From contig NC_092379.1 in NCBI RefSeq assembly GCF_030028105.1, positions 20,623,309 to 20,687,308 of the forward strand: DNA of 64,000 nucleotides, in the 5' to 3' direction. Below the pieces are notes generated by a model. That model saw only the letters and a list, made by a program, of their open reading frames with translations. It did no database searches and was not told the DNA's origin. Positions 53,760 to 64,000 of the stretch are shown here, piece by piece (position 1 is the first letter of the stretch; the number at the start of each line of letters is the position of its first letter). Origin of the DNA: Mobula birostris. Its lineage: Eukaryota. The position numbers and the translations under genes are program-made.

Positions 53760-54794
53760 CTGAAATGGAAAGAAATTCACAGAAGTTTCTGTAAATAAAT
53801 GCATTACTGGCAGACAAAGAAGGAGACATGTTATCCACTACAATTACTACAGTACTCTGCTGAAGTCTTAGCCGCATAGCTGGACTACACCCCACACAGT
53901 AGTAACTTTATGTATTGCACTGTACCTCTGCCACTACAGAAAAACAAATTTCATGACAAATGGGAGTGAGGAGAAACCTGATTCTGACGTGGGTCTCTCT
54001 TGTGGACTGAGAGTGGGAAAGGGGAGCAAGTGGGAAGCACCAGAGAGACATTCTGGAAAGATCAATAAACCAATAGTTTGGGATCAAATGATCTTGCCTG
54101 TTGTCTCAGTGTTGGGAGTGTCTGCACCCATGCCGACCCCTGCCCCTGCCACTCCTTCTCTGTCACCTGTCCTTCTCAGTGTTGGGAGTGTCTGCCCTTC
54201 CCGCGGTGCTCCACCCTCACCATTCCCAACATCCTTTACTCTCGCCAGATTTACAAACTCACTCTCCACTCCACATTGATAAATATGTTATTATGAAAAA
54301 GTTTTAGGTACACTAGCAATATAGATGTGCCCAAGACTTTTGCACAGTACTGTTTACAAACTAGTAATTTCCAAAATTATTCACCCCATTAAACAAAACT
54401 CTCACCGTTTCAACACCCAGCTGTGAATCTATGTCACTGACCTCACAGTGGAGACTTGAGCACACAGTCACAGGTGTGCCCCAACACCCCACCCACAGCC
54501 ATACTGAAACAGTCATCCAATGTCCTATGTGTTGGATTTCAGACAAAATATCAAAGTTTTACCTTGTCTTTCCCCCAAATATAATTTCTGATTCTTAGAA
54601 GTCTACTCGCATCAGATTGGTGGAGTTTACAGAAAAAGTAAACATTTAGCAGTAGTTTATTTGAATAATTACGATCTGTTCAGTATTGATGTTGAGTCTG
54701 AAGTAACCCTTGTGTGGATATCTGTACCTTGTCTCCAACACCATCTGTGTGATATAGTGATGAGTGTCTAATGGTCTCTGCTTCTGAAATTCAA

Positions 54795-55545
54795 CTGAAC
54801 AGACGACCATCAGACCATAAGACTGTAAGACATAGGAGCAGAATTAGGCCATTCAGCCCATCGAGCCTGCTCCGACATTCCATCATGGCTGATTGGATCC
54901 CACTGAACTCCGTACACCTGCCTTCTCGCCGTATCCTGGGATACCCTGACCGAGCAGGAAACAATCAAATTCCACCTTAAATACACGCATAGACCTGGCT
55001 TCCATCACAGCCTGTGGCAGAGCATTCCACAGACTGCGCTGACCTAAAAAGTTCCTCGTTACTTCCATTCTTAGGGGTCACCCCTCAATTTTGAGGCTGT
55101 GCTCTCCAGTTGTGGATGCCCCCGTCGTAAGAAACATCCTCTCCACATCCACCTGATTCAGTCCTTTCAACATTTGGGAGATTTTAATGAGATTCCCCTA
55201 CATTCTTCTAAATTCCAGTGAGTACAGGCTCAAAGCTGCCAAACGCTCCACATATATTAACCCCTTCATTCCTGGAATGATTGTCATGAACTCCTCTGGA
55301 CTCCCTCCAATAACAGCACATCCTTTCTGAGATATGGGGCCCAAAACACTTGACAATTCTCTAAGTGTGGTCGACTAGTGTCTTATAAAGGCTCAGCATT
55401 ATTTCCTTGCTTTTATATTCTATTCCCCTTGAGATAGATCCCAACATTGCATTTGCCATCTTTACCACAGACTCAACCTGTAAATTAACCTCTGGGAGTT
55501 TTGCATGAGGACTCCAAAGTCCCTCTGCACCTCTGATGTACCCTT
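54795..55545 (-). mobile_element. CR1 LINE 3' fragment in the J-CH1 intron
   Basis: The CR1 3' UTR begins cagaccataagact...ataggagcagaattaggcc. Confidence 0.8.
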
Positions 55546-56099
55546 TGCACTACAGAATGCATCTGACACCACCTCAAAATTAAACCCATGAAACTGAGGA
55601 AGAATTTCAACCACACTGAGCCTGTGGAAATTACAAGCCAAACACCTTCCTAACACATCAGGCCGAGAATCACACTGAGATGAATGGGGACAGTGATCCT
55701 TTGACAAGTCTAGTCTGTGAGGGAATCACTGAGGTGGAATACACAGTTTAATCCTGGGAACTCCAGCAAGGCCACGTGTCATGTGGTGGAGTGTGGTGAC
55801 AGTTCTGGTGGCATCTGTCACTCAGTAAATCCTGGGGTACAGTGGTCTGTGGAACTGTGAGACCGACTCCAGTGTAAGTGGCTGAACACTGGTAAATGGT
55901 TTAATTTGGAAATGCCAGCGACAGCCAGCACCATTCAAACCACAGAATCGTCAGCTTCCCTCGTACTCAGCAGCTGGGGAAAGGGATGGTCAGCTGTGGT
56001 CTGAGGAACCTCGCTGCTGTTTATCAGCATCAACCCCTGACAACAAGGGAGCTACGGGACCAAAGACCTGGGACCATCAGGATGATCATCAGTAATCTG

Positions 56100-56872
56100 T
56101 GTCTATCTATTCATCTACTGCACAGTCAGTAACTTTAAATACCTGGGTGTCACTATCTCAGAGGACCTGTCCTGGACCCAGTTTATAAATGTAATTGCAG
56201 AGGAAACAGGACAGTGCCTCTACTTCCTCAGGAGTCTGCGGAGATTCAGCATGATGTCAAAAACCTTGATAAACTTCTATAGATGTGTAGTGGAAAGTGT
56301 ATTGACTGGCTGCATTATGGCCTGGTATGGGAACACCAATGCCTTTGATTGGAAAATTCTACAAGAGATCATGGATTCAGCTCAGTACATAATGGGTAAA
56401 GCCCTCCCAACCACTGAGCACATCTACATGAAATGCTGTCATAAGAAAACAGCATCTACCATCAAAGATCCTCACCACCCAGGCCAGGCTCTTTTCTCAC
56501 TGCTGCCATCAGGGCAGAAGGAACAAGAGCCTCAGGACTCACACCACCAGGTTCAAGAACAGTTACTACCCCTCAACCATCAGGCTCCTGAACAAAAGAG
56601 GATATTTACACTCATCAATTGAGACATTCCCATAAACAATAATCTCACTTTAAAGACTCTTTATCTTGTTATTTCATGCTCTCATTATTTATTGCTGTTT
56701 ATTTAGTGTTGCATTTCAACAGTTTATTGTCTTCTATGCTCTTGCTATTTCATTGATCCTGTTTACAGTTACGATTCTATAGATTTGCTGAGTATGCCCA
56801 CAAGAAAATGAATCTCAGGGTTGTATGTGATGACATGTATGTATTCCAATAATAAGTTTTACTTTGAACTTT
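56100..56872 (+). mobile_element. Rex1/Babar-type LINE 3' fragment in the J-CH1 intron
   Basis: KTLINFYRCVVESVLTGCIMAWYG. Confidence 0.8.
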
Positions 56873-57412
56873 GAGACATCAAATGAGGATTTCCCAGTGG
56901 AGGGGGGCTTTAAGAATTCTACACTAAAAGAGACCATTCCCTTCCAAAATCACCCAAACAGACTAGATTGTCATGTTGTAGTTCAGTTTGTGGGAACAAG
57001 ATGCAGACAAGTTGGATGTTTCATCCCCCATATGAAGTGACACACTGCAGAAGTACTTGCTGGGTTGGGAAAGGCTCTGGGATGTTCTGGGGTTGCAGAA
57101 GTCAATGAAAAACAAATTGTTTTCATCCAAATAAATTCAGTAAAATAAAACCAGAAACAGTGTAGTTGCCAGAAATCAGACTGACAGAGTCTGGTGAAAG
57201 GTCATTGATGTGAAACATTAACTCTGTTTCTCACCCACAGATGTTCCCTGAGCTGCTCCGTGTTGGCAGTGCATGAGGCACAATAATGTCAGTCGGTGAG
57301 ATTTGCAGCTGAGGATCTTTTACATCCCAGGACCAGCAGGTGGTAAGTACAGTTCTTTCTGGATCAGTGTTCCTCTGGGTCTTGATAAAAACACTCATCA
57401 AACTGACAGCAG

Positions 57413-57832
57413 GGTGCTGGGGTAAAGAGGGCAACTGGATCTGGGTGGGTCACATGGTGCTGGGGTGAAGAGGGGAACTGGATCTGGGTGAGTCACAGGG
57501 TGCTGGGGTGAAGAGGGGAACTGGGTCTGGGTGGGTCACAGGGTGCTGGGGAGAAGAGGGGAACTGGATCTGGGTGGGTCACAGGGTGCTGGGGTGAAAA
57601 GGCGGACTGGATCTGGGTGGGTCACAGGGTGCTGGGGTGAAGAGGGGAACTGGATCTGGGTGGGTCACAGGGTGCTGGGGTGAAGAGGGGAACTGGATCT
57701 GGGTGGGTCACAGGGTGCTGGGATGAAGAGGGGAACTGGATCTGGGTGTGTCACAGGGTGCTGGGGTGAAGAGGGAATCTGGATCTGGGTGGGTCACAGG
57801 GTGCTGGGATGAAGAGGGGAACTGGATCTGGC
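57413..57832. repeat. 43-bp G-rich minisatellite, about 10 copies, in the J-CH1 intron
   Basis: Unit GGTGCTGGGGTGAAGAGGGGAACTGGATCTGGGTGGGTCACAG; copies start at 57413, 57456 and so on. Confidence 0.95.
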
Positions 57833-59945
57833 TGAATCAGCTCAGAAGAAATTTGCAATGAAATGACACTTGGGTATTTGTACAAATGATTGATGTTGAA
57901 TCAGTAGATCGGGGGAGACAGTCTGATTTATTGTATTAAGTGGATACAACATTGGAAAGTATGAACAACAGATGGGGCAATTTTATTTTTTCATCTTTTC
58001 AGATCTGGGCTTTGCCGGTAAAGCCTGAATGAATTATGCATCTGAGCTGCCATTCAGAGGGCATTTGGAGACAAACACATTGATGGGTCAGGAGTCGTAA
58101 ATAGGCTCAAAGTGTAAGGAAGAGAGATCTCCTTCCCTGAGGGACATCAGTAAAATTGAAGGGTCATCATTACTCATGACTAGATTTAAAAACAATACCA
58201 ATTATGAAAATTTTGGAAATCTGACCACAGATCCAAATCTGTTGCAGATTATTATGAACTGAGTTTAAATTTGTCAGTTTTGCTGTGGTGGTATCCGTGG
58301 ACTGTTCATCCATCCCTCTGCACTACTCATCTGCTTTGATGTACTGCCCTGTTTCCCATCACTCCGAATCCAACCTTGTGCCTGTCCATTGGATCACTGT
58401 GTCCACGGTGTACTGGACAATATTTCTCCTTCAATAACATCACCAGAACAGTCTGTCTGATGGTTCTCACCTTGCAGTTTGTGGATTCTGCTGTGTGCAG
58501 AGTGGCTTCACATTCCCGACTCTACAACAGGGCTGAACTTTGAAACTACTTCATTGCCTGTGAAGAGCTCGGGGACACCATGAAAGCTGCTCTGTAAATG
58601 TCAGCACTTTATCTCACAACCACTTTTACTGAATCACCAGCAACACTGGTTAATGTAGGAAAGCACTTGTTAAACAAACCCAGTTGGGGGATGGAGGAGG
58701 GCAAGAAATTAGAGCAGTTGCTCTGTCTGTGAACTGAGAATAAGCAGTTCATTTGAACAGTACATTTCAACTCGTGTCCCGTGAGTGTGTGATGGGACAG
58801 GTTGGGGGAAGCTTCACTCTGTGTCTAACCTCTGCTGCCCCTGCCCTGGGAGGGATGAGACATGCAGAAGGATCTTTGTATCTAATCCATGGCTGCCAGG
58901 ACAGGACATGGGAGCTGTAATCTGCATTTAACTCATGCTCTGTGTACTCTGGGGTGCTTGTTGAAATCCCTTTGAGGAAGAATTTCCCAGATTTACAAGA
59001 TAAATATTGATTCCATTGAATGACAGAGCAGAGAGTGAGGCCATTCATCCGATATTGTCTGTGCTTCCCTTTAGCTGAGCAAACCCAACAAACCCATTGG
59101 TCTCTCTGCTCTTCCCTGTATCCCTACAAAAGGCGGATCTCCTCCTTTTCCCTCTCTACACTCACTATTGGCCACCACCATCATTCAGGCAGTGTGTTCC
59201 AGATCACAAACGTTCATCAACAAACCTTCCCTTAAATGCTCCCCTATTACACATTATTGACTTGACCTCTTCCCTCCCCACCCCACCTGCACCACTCCCC
59301 ACTCCCCCACCTACCAATGCACCTTAATCCCATCAATTAATCCTGGGATATCGCCGATGCTTTTGCTGTATCCCGGGACGGACCTCACGCCGGACATTAC
59401 ATGATGGGACTGACACCCACCTGTACCCTGGGGATATTGAGCCATCAACCAGATCATACATGTGTCCACCATTCCCTCAGATTATGTCTGAATCCCATTA
59501 CCTTCAACATGAAAGCAGCCGACAGTAAAACCCGATCCCAATAACTTGACACCGAACAGATCCATTGTCACTGACAGGGAACAAGTTCAACTGCACTGAA
59601 ACGCTCAGCCCCTGAACTTGGCTTCAGTCGGTGCTGAGGATCAGAAGCCAGACTTGAACCAAACACTGAGCTCACTCAGCACAATCGGCCGGTGTCAAGG
59701 CACAGTCTGGTGACAAGATCCGATCCCATTCCCCTGAGCCCGTTCCCGGTCTGTGCACAGTTCACTGGTGGGTGGGGTATGTACCCTTGTACTGTTACTG
59801 GGCTCCAGAGAAACCCGCCGGTTCGGGGAGATTCATGTACTTGCTCTGAATATCTCACTGATTTCAGGTGAATCACCAAATTCGCCAAAACCGTAAATAA
59901 ATAAAATACTAGTGCGTGAAGATACAATTGAGAAGTTGGTCTTAC

Positions 59946-59984
59946 CTGAAGTCACTGTCAGCGAGGTTCCTCCGCCCCAGTCGT
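59946..59984 (-). CDS. IGHJ: JH segment (ac-D-W-G-G-G-T-S-L-T-V-T-S-g)
   Basis: WGxG motif and a phase-1 donor TCAG|GTAAG. The segment directly abuts the heptamer. Confidence 0.92.
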
Positions 59985-60023
59985 CACAGTGCTCCGTCTC
60001 CCCATTCACCCAGTGCAGTAACT
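59985..60023 (+). other. Recombination signal sequence 5' of J with a 23-bp spacer
   Basis: Perfect heptamer CACAGTG at 59985-59991, 23 nt, then GCAGTAACT (5/9 to consensus). The 12-bp and 22-bp alternatives match worse. Confidence 0.75.
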
Positions 60024-60358
60024 TCACTTGCCCGTCACATCCAATAATCTCAGCAAAATGTCAACATGATCCCTGCCCGGACCGGGAGCCACCTCTTCCT
60101 GAATTTCCATTCCAAACTCCGTCCTTGTCTCTTCCTGGTGTGTGAATAAAAGAGGCATTTCCACAGTTTTCCTGTCTGTGGACAACGGCTCCCGCCATCT
60201 CTCGGAATCAGAGTCGAATCATTTTTGGCATTTAATTGTCCAGAAATTGACATTTGCGCCCAGCAGTCCGAGTTAGGATTCAGGGCTTTGACTCTGGGAA
60301 GCAGCAACGCGGAATCCGTGGAGACAGACTGCGTCGCAGACGCTCCTTTGTCGGGACC

Positions 60359-60386
60359 AGTTTCTGTTCAGTTCCCCATCACCGTG
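60359..60386 (-). other. Recombination signal sequence 3' of V with a 12-bp spacer
   Basis: CACGGTG (60386-60380), ATGGGGAACTGA (12 nt), ACAGAAACT (7/9 match to ACAAAAACC). A 23-bp spacer gives no nonamer match (TCCCGACAA). Confidence 0.85.
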
Positions 60387-60690
60387 CTCCAAATCGCACA
60401 GTAATAGGTGGCCGTGTCGTCCAGTCTCAGGTTGTTCATTTGCAGATAAAAGTTGCTTTTGTCCTTCGAAGCGGTGAACCGGCTCTGGACTCCAGGAGCG
60501 TAATACTTAGTGGAACTTTCACTACCGTACGCTACCAGCCACTCCAGCCCTTTCCCGGGGACCTGCTTCACCCAGTGCATCCAGTTATTGTAGATATCGA
60601 ACCCACTGACTGCGCAGGTCAGTCTATAGCACTCTCCGAGCTTTCCCGCCGCTGAGTCGGGCTGCGTCAGCACGATGTCGGACCGCACTC
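60387..60690 (-). CDS. IGHV: IgW-type VH exon ([13 protein letters not shown]...LTC...[16 protein letters not shown]...RFTASKD...[10 protein letters not shown])
   Basis: Acceptor ttgacag|GA at 60690 and an open frame with canonical Cys, Trp and YYC motifs. The DIVLTQP start and RFTASKD FR3 resemble elasmobranch IgW V (from memory of the family). Confidence 0.93.
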
Positions 60691-60799
60691 CTGTCAATAA
60701 AAAAGAGCATAAATTAATAAAATGTTCCACGGGCAGAGGTTCACAAAGCCTCCGAGAAACAGCCGGTCCCGGGTGGGCGACAAGCCGCGGGACACCCAC

Positions 60800-60845
60800 C
60801 TGCCAGACAAGACAGGAGGAGACAGAGATAAGGAACGACCCCCAT
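60800..60845 (-). CDS. IGHV: Ig heavy-chain leader exon ([16 protein letters not shown])
   Basis: ATG at 60845, then a hydrophobic 15-codon signal peptide and a phase-1 donor (GCAG|GTGGGT). A 109-nt intron separates it from the V exon. Confidence 0.9.
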
Positions 60846-60899
60846 CGCCCTGAACACTGAGCCGGATTTGGACACTTGAGATCGGCAGCTTCAGCTCAG

Positions 60900-61030
60900 G
60901 CCGGCTTTGTCCGGAGCCGCAGCGAGCGCTGTTTAAATAGGGACGTGGGCTGTGAGTGAGAGAGGGAGCCGCGGTTTGAAGAGGCTCTCACACACTGAAA
61001 CCAGAGGCGCAGCTTCCTGTCCCCACCCAC
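60900..61030 (-). promoter_or_regulatory. VH promoter region with TATA-like TATTTAAA (60939-60932)
   Basis: The TATA-like element lies about 90 nt upstream of the leader ATG in CpG-rich sequence. A CACGTC motif is immediately upstream and an ETS-like ACAGGAAG is near 61015-61020. Confidence 0.55.
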
Positions 61031-62465
61031 AGCAGCGATTTCAATTCCCCAAAAGATGTTTATCTCTGCAACAGGCGGCAGGTCAGCGGCAGTGACCAGA
61101 ACCGGATTAAAGATCTGTCACACTCTGCTCGATTCATCAATCAGCGATGAACAATTTGTGTAAACTGAAACACACAGAATCCCAGTGAGAGAGAATAAGA
61201 GTCACCGGTCAGTGGACAGATATCCTCCTGTGAGACAGACTCTGAGAGACACCAGTCAATGGACAGATATCCCCCTGAGAGACACAGTCTGTGACTAGCT
61301 TTGCAGGAAAATGTATTAAGCAATAAAATGAGTTAAAGCACAATCTTCTGACTGTACCCATACAACGAGAATCAATGTTAAACAGATTCCTGGTGGAAAT
61401 GGGTGGAATTTACACTTATAAGTTACAGTATTTTCTCTTTCAGCGACCTGGCACCATGAATTTCACTGCTAAGCCTTCAGCAGTTCTCCCCACAAAATCT
61501 CTTTGATCTATTTTAGCCGGTGAGAGGAACAGGATATTTGATGAGGGAACTCGGGAACTGAAGCCACACAACAGACGTTGGTGCTGCTGGTAACAGGATG
61601 CTCACAGTAGGTTGGCGGACAAGCGTTGCTGAACGGTCCATATTGAAAGGAAACGGACGAGGGGGAGGGCATACAAGGTGCAGATCAGCAAGGTGGGTAA
61701 TTTTGATCACCTACCCTGGTGACAGGAGCACTGTGTATCCCAAATCTTGCGTTCTCAGTACAGTATAAACTGTGCTGATTGTATTACTAATCAAAATAAA
61801 GCTCCCCCCTCTCAGCAGCTTTCATGACTCCACGGCAAACCAGAGTGATATCTGCAGACAATGAAGTACCTTTTGTTGTAGAGTCTCTGTTGTCACAGAG
61901 GGAAGGTGGGACCCAAATTACACAGAGCAACCTCTCTGAAACAGCAATGAGGTATAAAGAGATCTGACATTCTGTGACGCTGGTTGAGGGATCAATGTTG
62001 GGACAAATAGTGGAGAACTTTCCAAACCTTTAATGTGCACCTGACACAACAAACCCACAATGGCACGGATCAAATTGGTGAATCATTTTTTTTTCCTCCA
62101 AGAGGACCACAACCTTGCTGTAGGGTTTGGAGGCTTGAGTGCCTCAGTGACCCAGAGGTCTATGTCGGCTTGAGTCAAAGCCTTGTGCTTTAACTCTTGG
62201 TAGGTTCAACCATGCCAAACAGGTCAAAGGGTAGAGGCCAGACTAAGAGTGGTCCATCGTTCCTCCAGCTTCGGAGTTTCAGGTCAGGGTTAACGAACCT
62301 GACTCATCAAAAAGAAAAATTGTTATTGTCTCGAGATGCTCCCAATTGCACCAGCTTCCAGGATTTAGACTCTCTAACTCTCTGGAGTTGCTGGTTGCAG
62401 CCCCTTTAAGGTTCAGGATAATCCCGTTAAATAACGATCATGTTTTGGGCCCCAAGAATTGAGTA

Positions 62466-64000
62466 CAAACCCCATTTCCGGAAAAGTTGGGATATTTTCC
62501 AAAATGCAATAAAAACAAAAATCTGTGGTATGTTAAATCACATGAACCCTTATTTAACTGACAAAAGTACAAAGTAAAGATTTTCAATAGTTTTACTGAC
62601 CAATTTAATTGTATTTTGTAAACATACACAAATTTAGAATTTGATGGCTGCAACACACTCAAAAAAAGTTGGGACAGAGTTAAAATAAGATTGAAAAGTG
62701 CACAGAATATTCAAGTAACACGGATTGGAAGACTCCATATTAAGCAGGATAATTGGTAGCAGGTGAGGTATCATGACTGGGTATAAAAGTAGCGTCCATC
62801 AAAGGCTCAGTCTTTGCAAGCAAGGATGGGTTGCGGCTCACCCCTTTGTGCCAAAATTCATGAGAGAATTGTTAGTCAGTTCAAAAGGAACATTTCTCAA
62901 CGCAACATTGCAGAGAATTTAGGTCTTTCAACATCTACAGTACATAATATTGTGAAAAGATTCAGAGAATTCAGAGACATCTCAGTGCGTAAAGGGCAAG
63001 GTCGGAAACCACTGTTGAATGCGCGTGATCTTCGAGCCCTCAGGCGGCACTGCCTAAGAAACCGTCATGCTACTGTGACAATTATAGCTACCTGGGCTCG
63101 GGAGTATTTCGCAAAACCATTGTCACTCAACACAGTCCGTCGCTGCATCCACAAATGCAACTTGAAACTGTATTACGCAAGGAGGAAGCCATACATCAAC
63201 CTATGCAGAAACACCGGCGAGTTCTCTGGCCCCGAGCTCATCTCAGATGGACCGAAAGGCTGTGGAACCATGTGCTGTGGTCAGACGGGTCCACATTTCA
63301 GCTATTTTTTCAGAAAAAAATGGGCGTTGAGTTCTCTGTGCCAAAGATGAAAACAACCATCCAGATTATTATCAGCGAAAGGTGCAAAAGCCAGCATCTG
63401 TGATGGTATGGGGGTGCATCAGTGCCCACGGCATGGGCGAGTTGCATGTATGTGAAGGTACCATTGACTCTGAGGCATATATTAGGATTTTAGAGAGACA
63501 TATGTTGCCATCAAAACAACGTCTTCCCGGGACGTCCATGCTTATTTCAGCAGGACAATGCCAGACCACATTCTGCATGGGCTACAACAGCATGGCTTTG
63601 TAGACACAGAGTACGTGTGCTTGACTGGCCTGCTGCCAGTCCAGATCTATCTCCTATTGAAAATGTATGGCGCATCATGAAGAGGAGAATCAGACAACGG
63701 AGACCACGGACTGTTGAGCAGCTGAAGTCTCATATCAATGAAGAATGAACAAAATTTCCATTTGCAAATCTACTACAATTAGTATCCTCAGTTTCAAAAA
63801 GATTAAAAAGTGTTATTAAAAGGAAAGCTGATATAATACAATGGTAAACATGCCTCTGTCCCAACTTTTGTTGAGTGTTACAGCCATCAAATTCTAAATT
63901 TGTGTATGTTCATAAAATACCATTAAGTTGGTCAGTAAAACTATTAAATTTTTTTTCTTTGTACTTTTGTCAGTTAAATAAAGGTTCACATGAATTAACA
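62466..64000 (+). mobile_element. Tc1/mariner DNA transposon with a frameshifted transposase
   Basis: TA at 62464-62465 precedes a left TIR of about 210 bp, which is mirrored from about 63857 to the window end. The paired-like HTH and DDE pieces (HVLWSD, VMVWGCIS, FQQDNARPH) are split across frames. Confidence 0.92.

Noticed and set aside
57413-57832. Regular repeat array as CRISPR
   Set aside because: Head-to-tail units without unique spacers, in vertebrate DNA with no cas genes.
60162-60168. CACAGTT as a possible D-segment heptamer between V and J
   Set aside because: No nonamer at 12-bp or 23-bp spacing and no opposing heptamer to delimit a D.
60387-60410. V ending YYCAIW resembles TCR-gamma or lambda V ends
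   Set aside because: The frameworks are VH/IgW-like, J is WGxG, and the downstream exons are IgH constant domains.

Overview
Eukaryotic, repeat-dense genomic DNA from a cartilaginous fish (possibly a ray; inference from IgW-type exons, HE1-like SINE and CR1 families). The main host gene is an immunoglobulin heavy-chain cluster of IgW type on the minus strand (about 46.4-60.9 kb): leader, VH, JH and five CH exons. Its V segment carries a 12-bp-spacer RSS and faces a 23-bp-spacer J about 370 bp away, with no D segment between them. The J is unusually short, so a single rearrangement would give a CDR3 of only about 5 aa. L, V, J, CH1, CH2 and CH4 are intact. CH3 has a premature TGA, CH5 is degenerate, a putative Cys-rich secretory-tail exon is frameshifted, and I found no CH6 or TM exon. 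The J-C intron holds a G-rich 43-bp minisatellite. Downstream are five degenerate paralogues of an unidentified two-exon, signal-peptide-like module, four of them in a segmental duplication. The rest is CR1, Rex1/Babar, Tx1/L1, RTE and Penelope retroelements, two endogenous-retrovirus remnants (one heavily nested, with a tRNA-Ser-like PBS) and a Tc1 transposon. All analysis was done by eye, and repeat boundaries are approximate.
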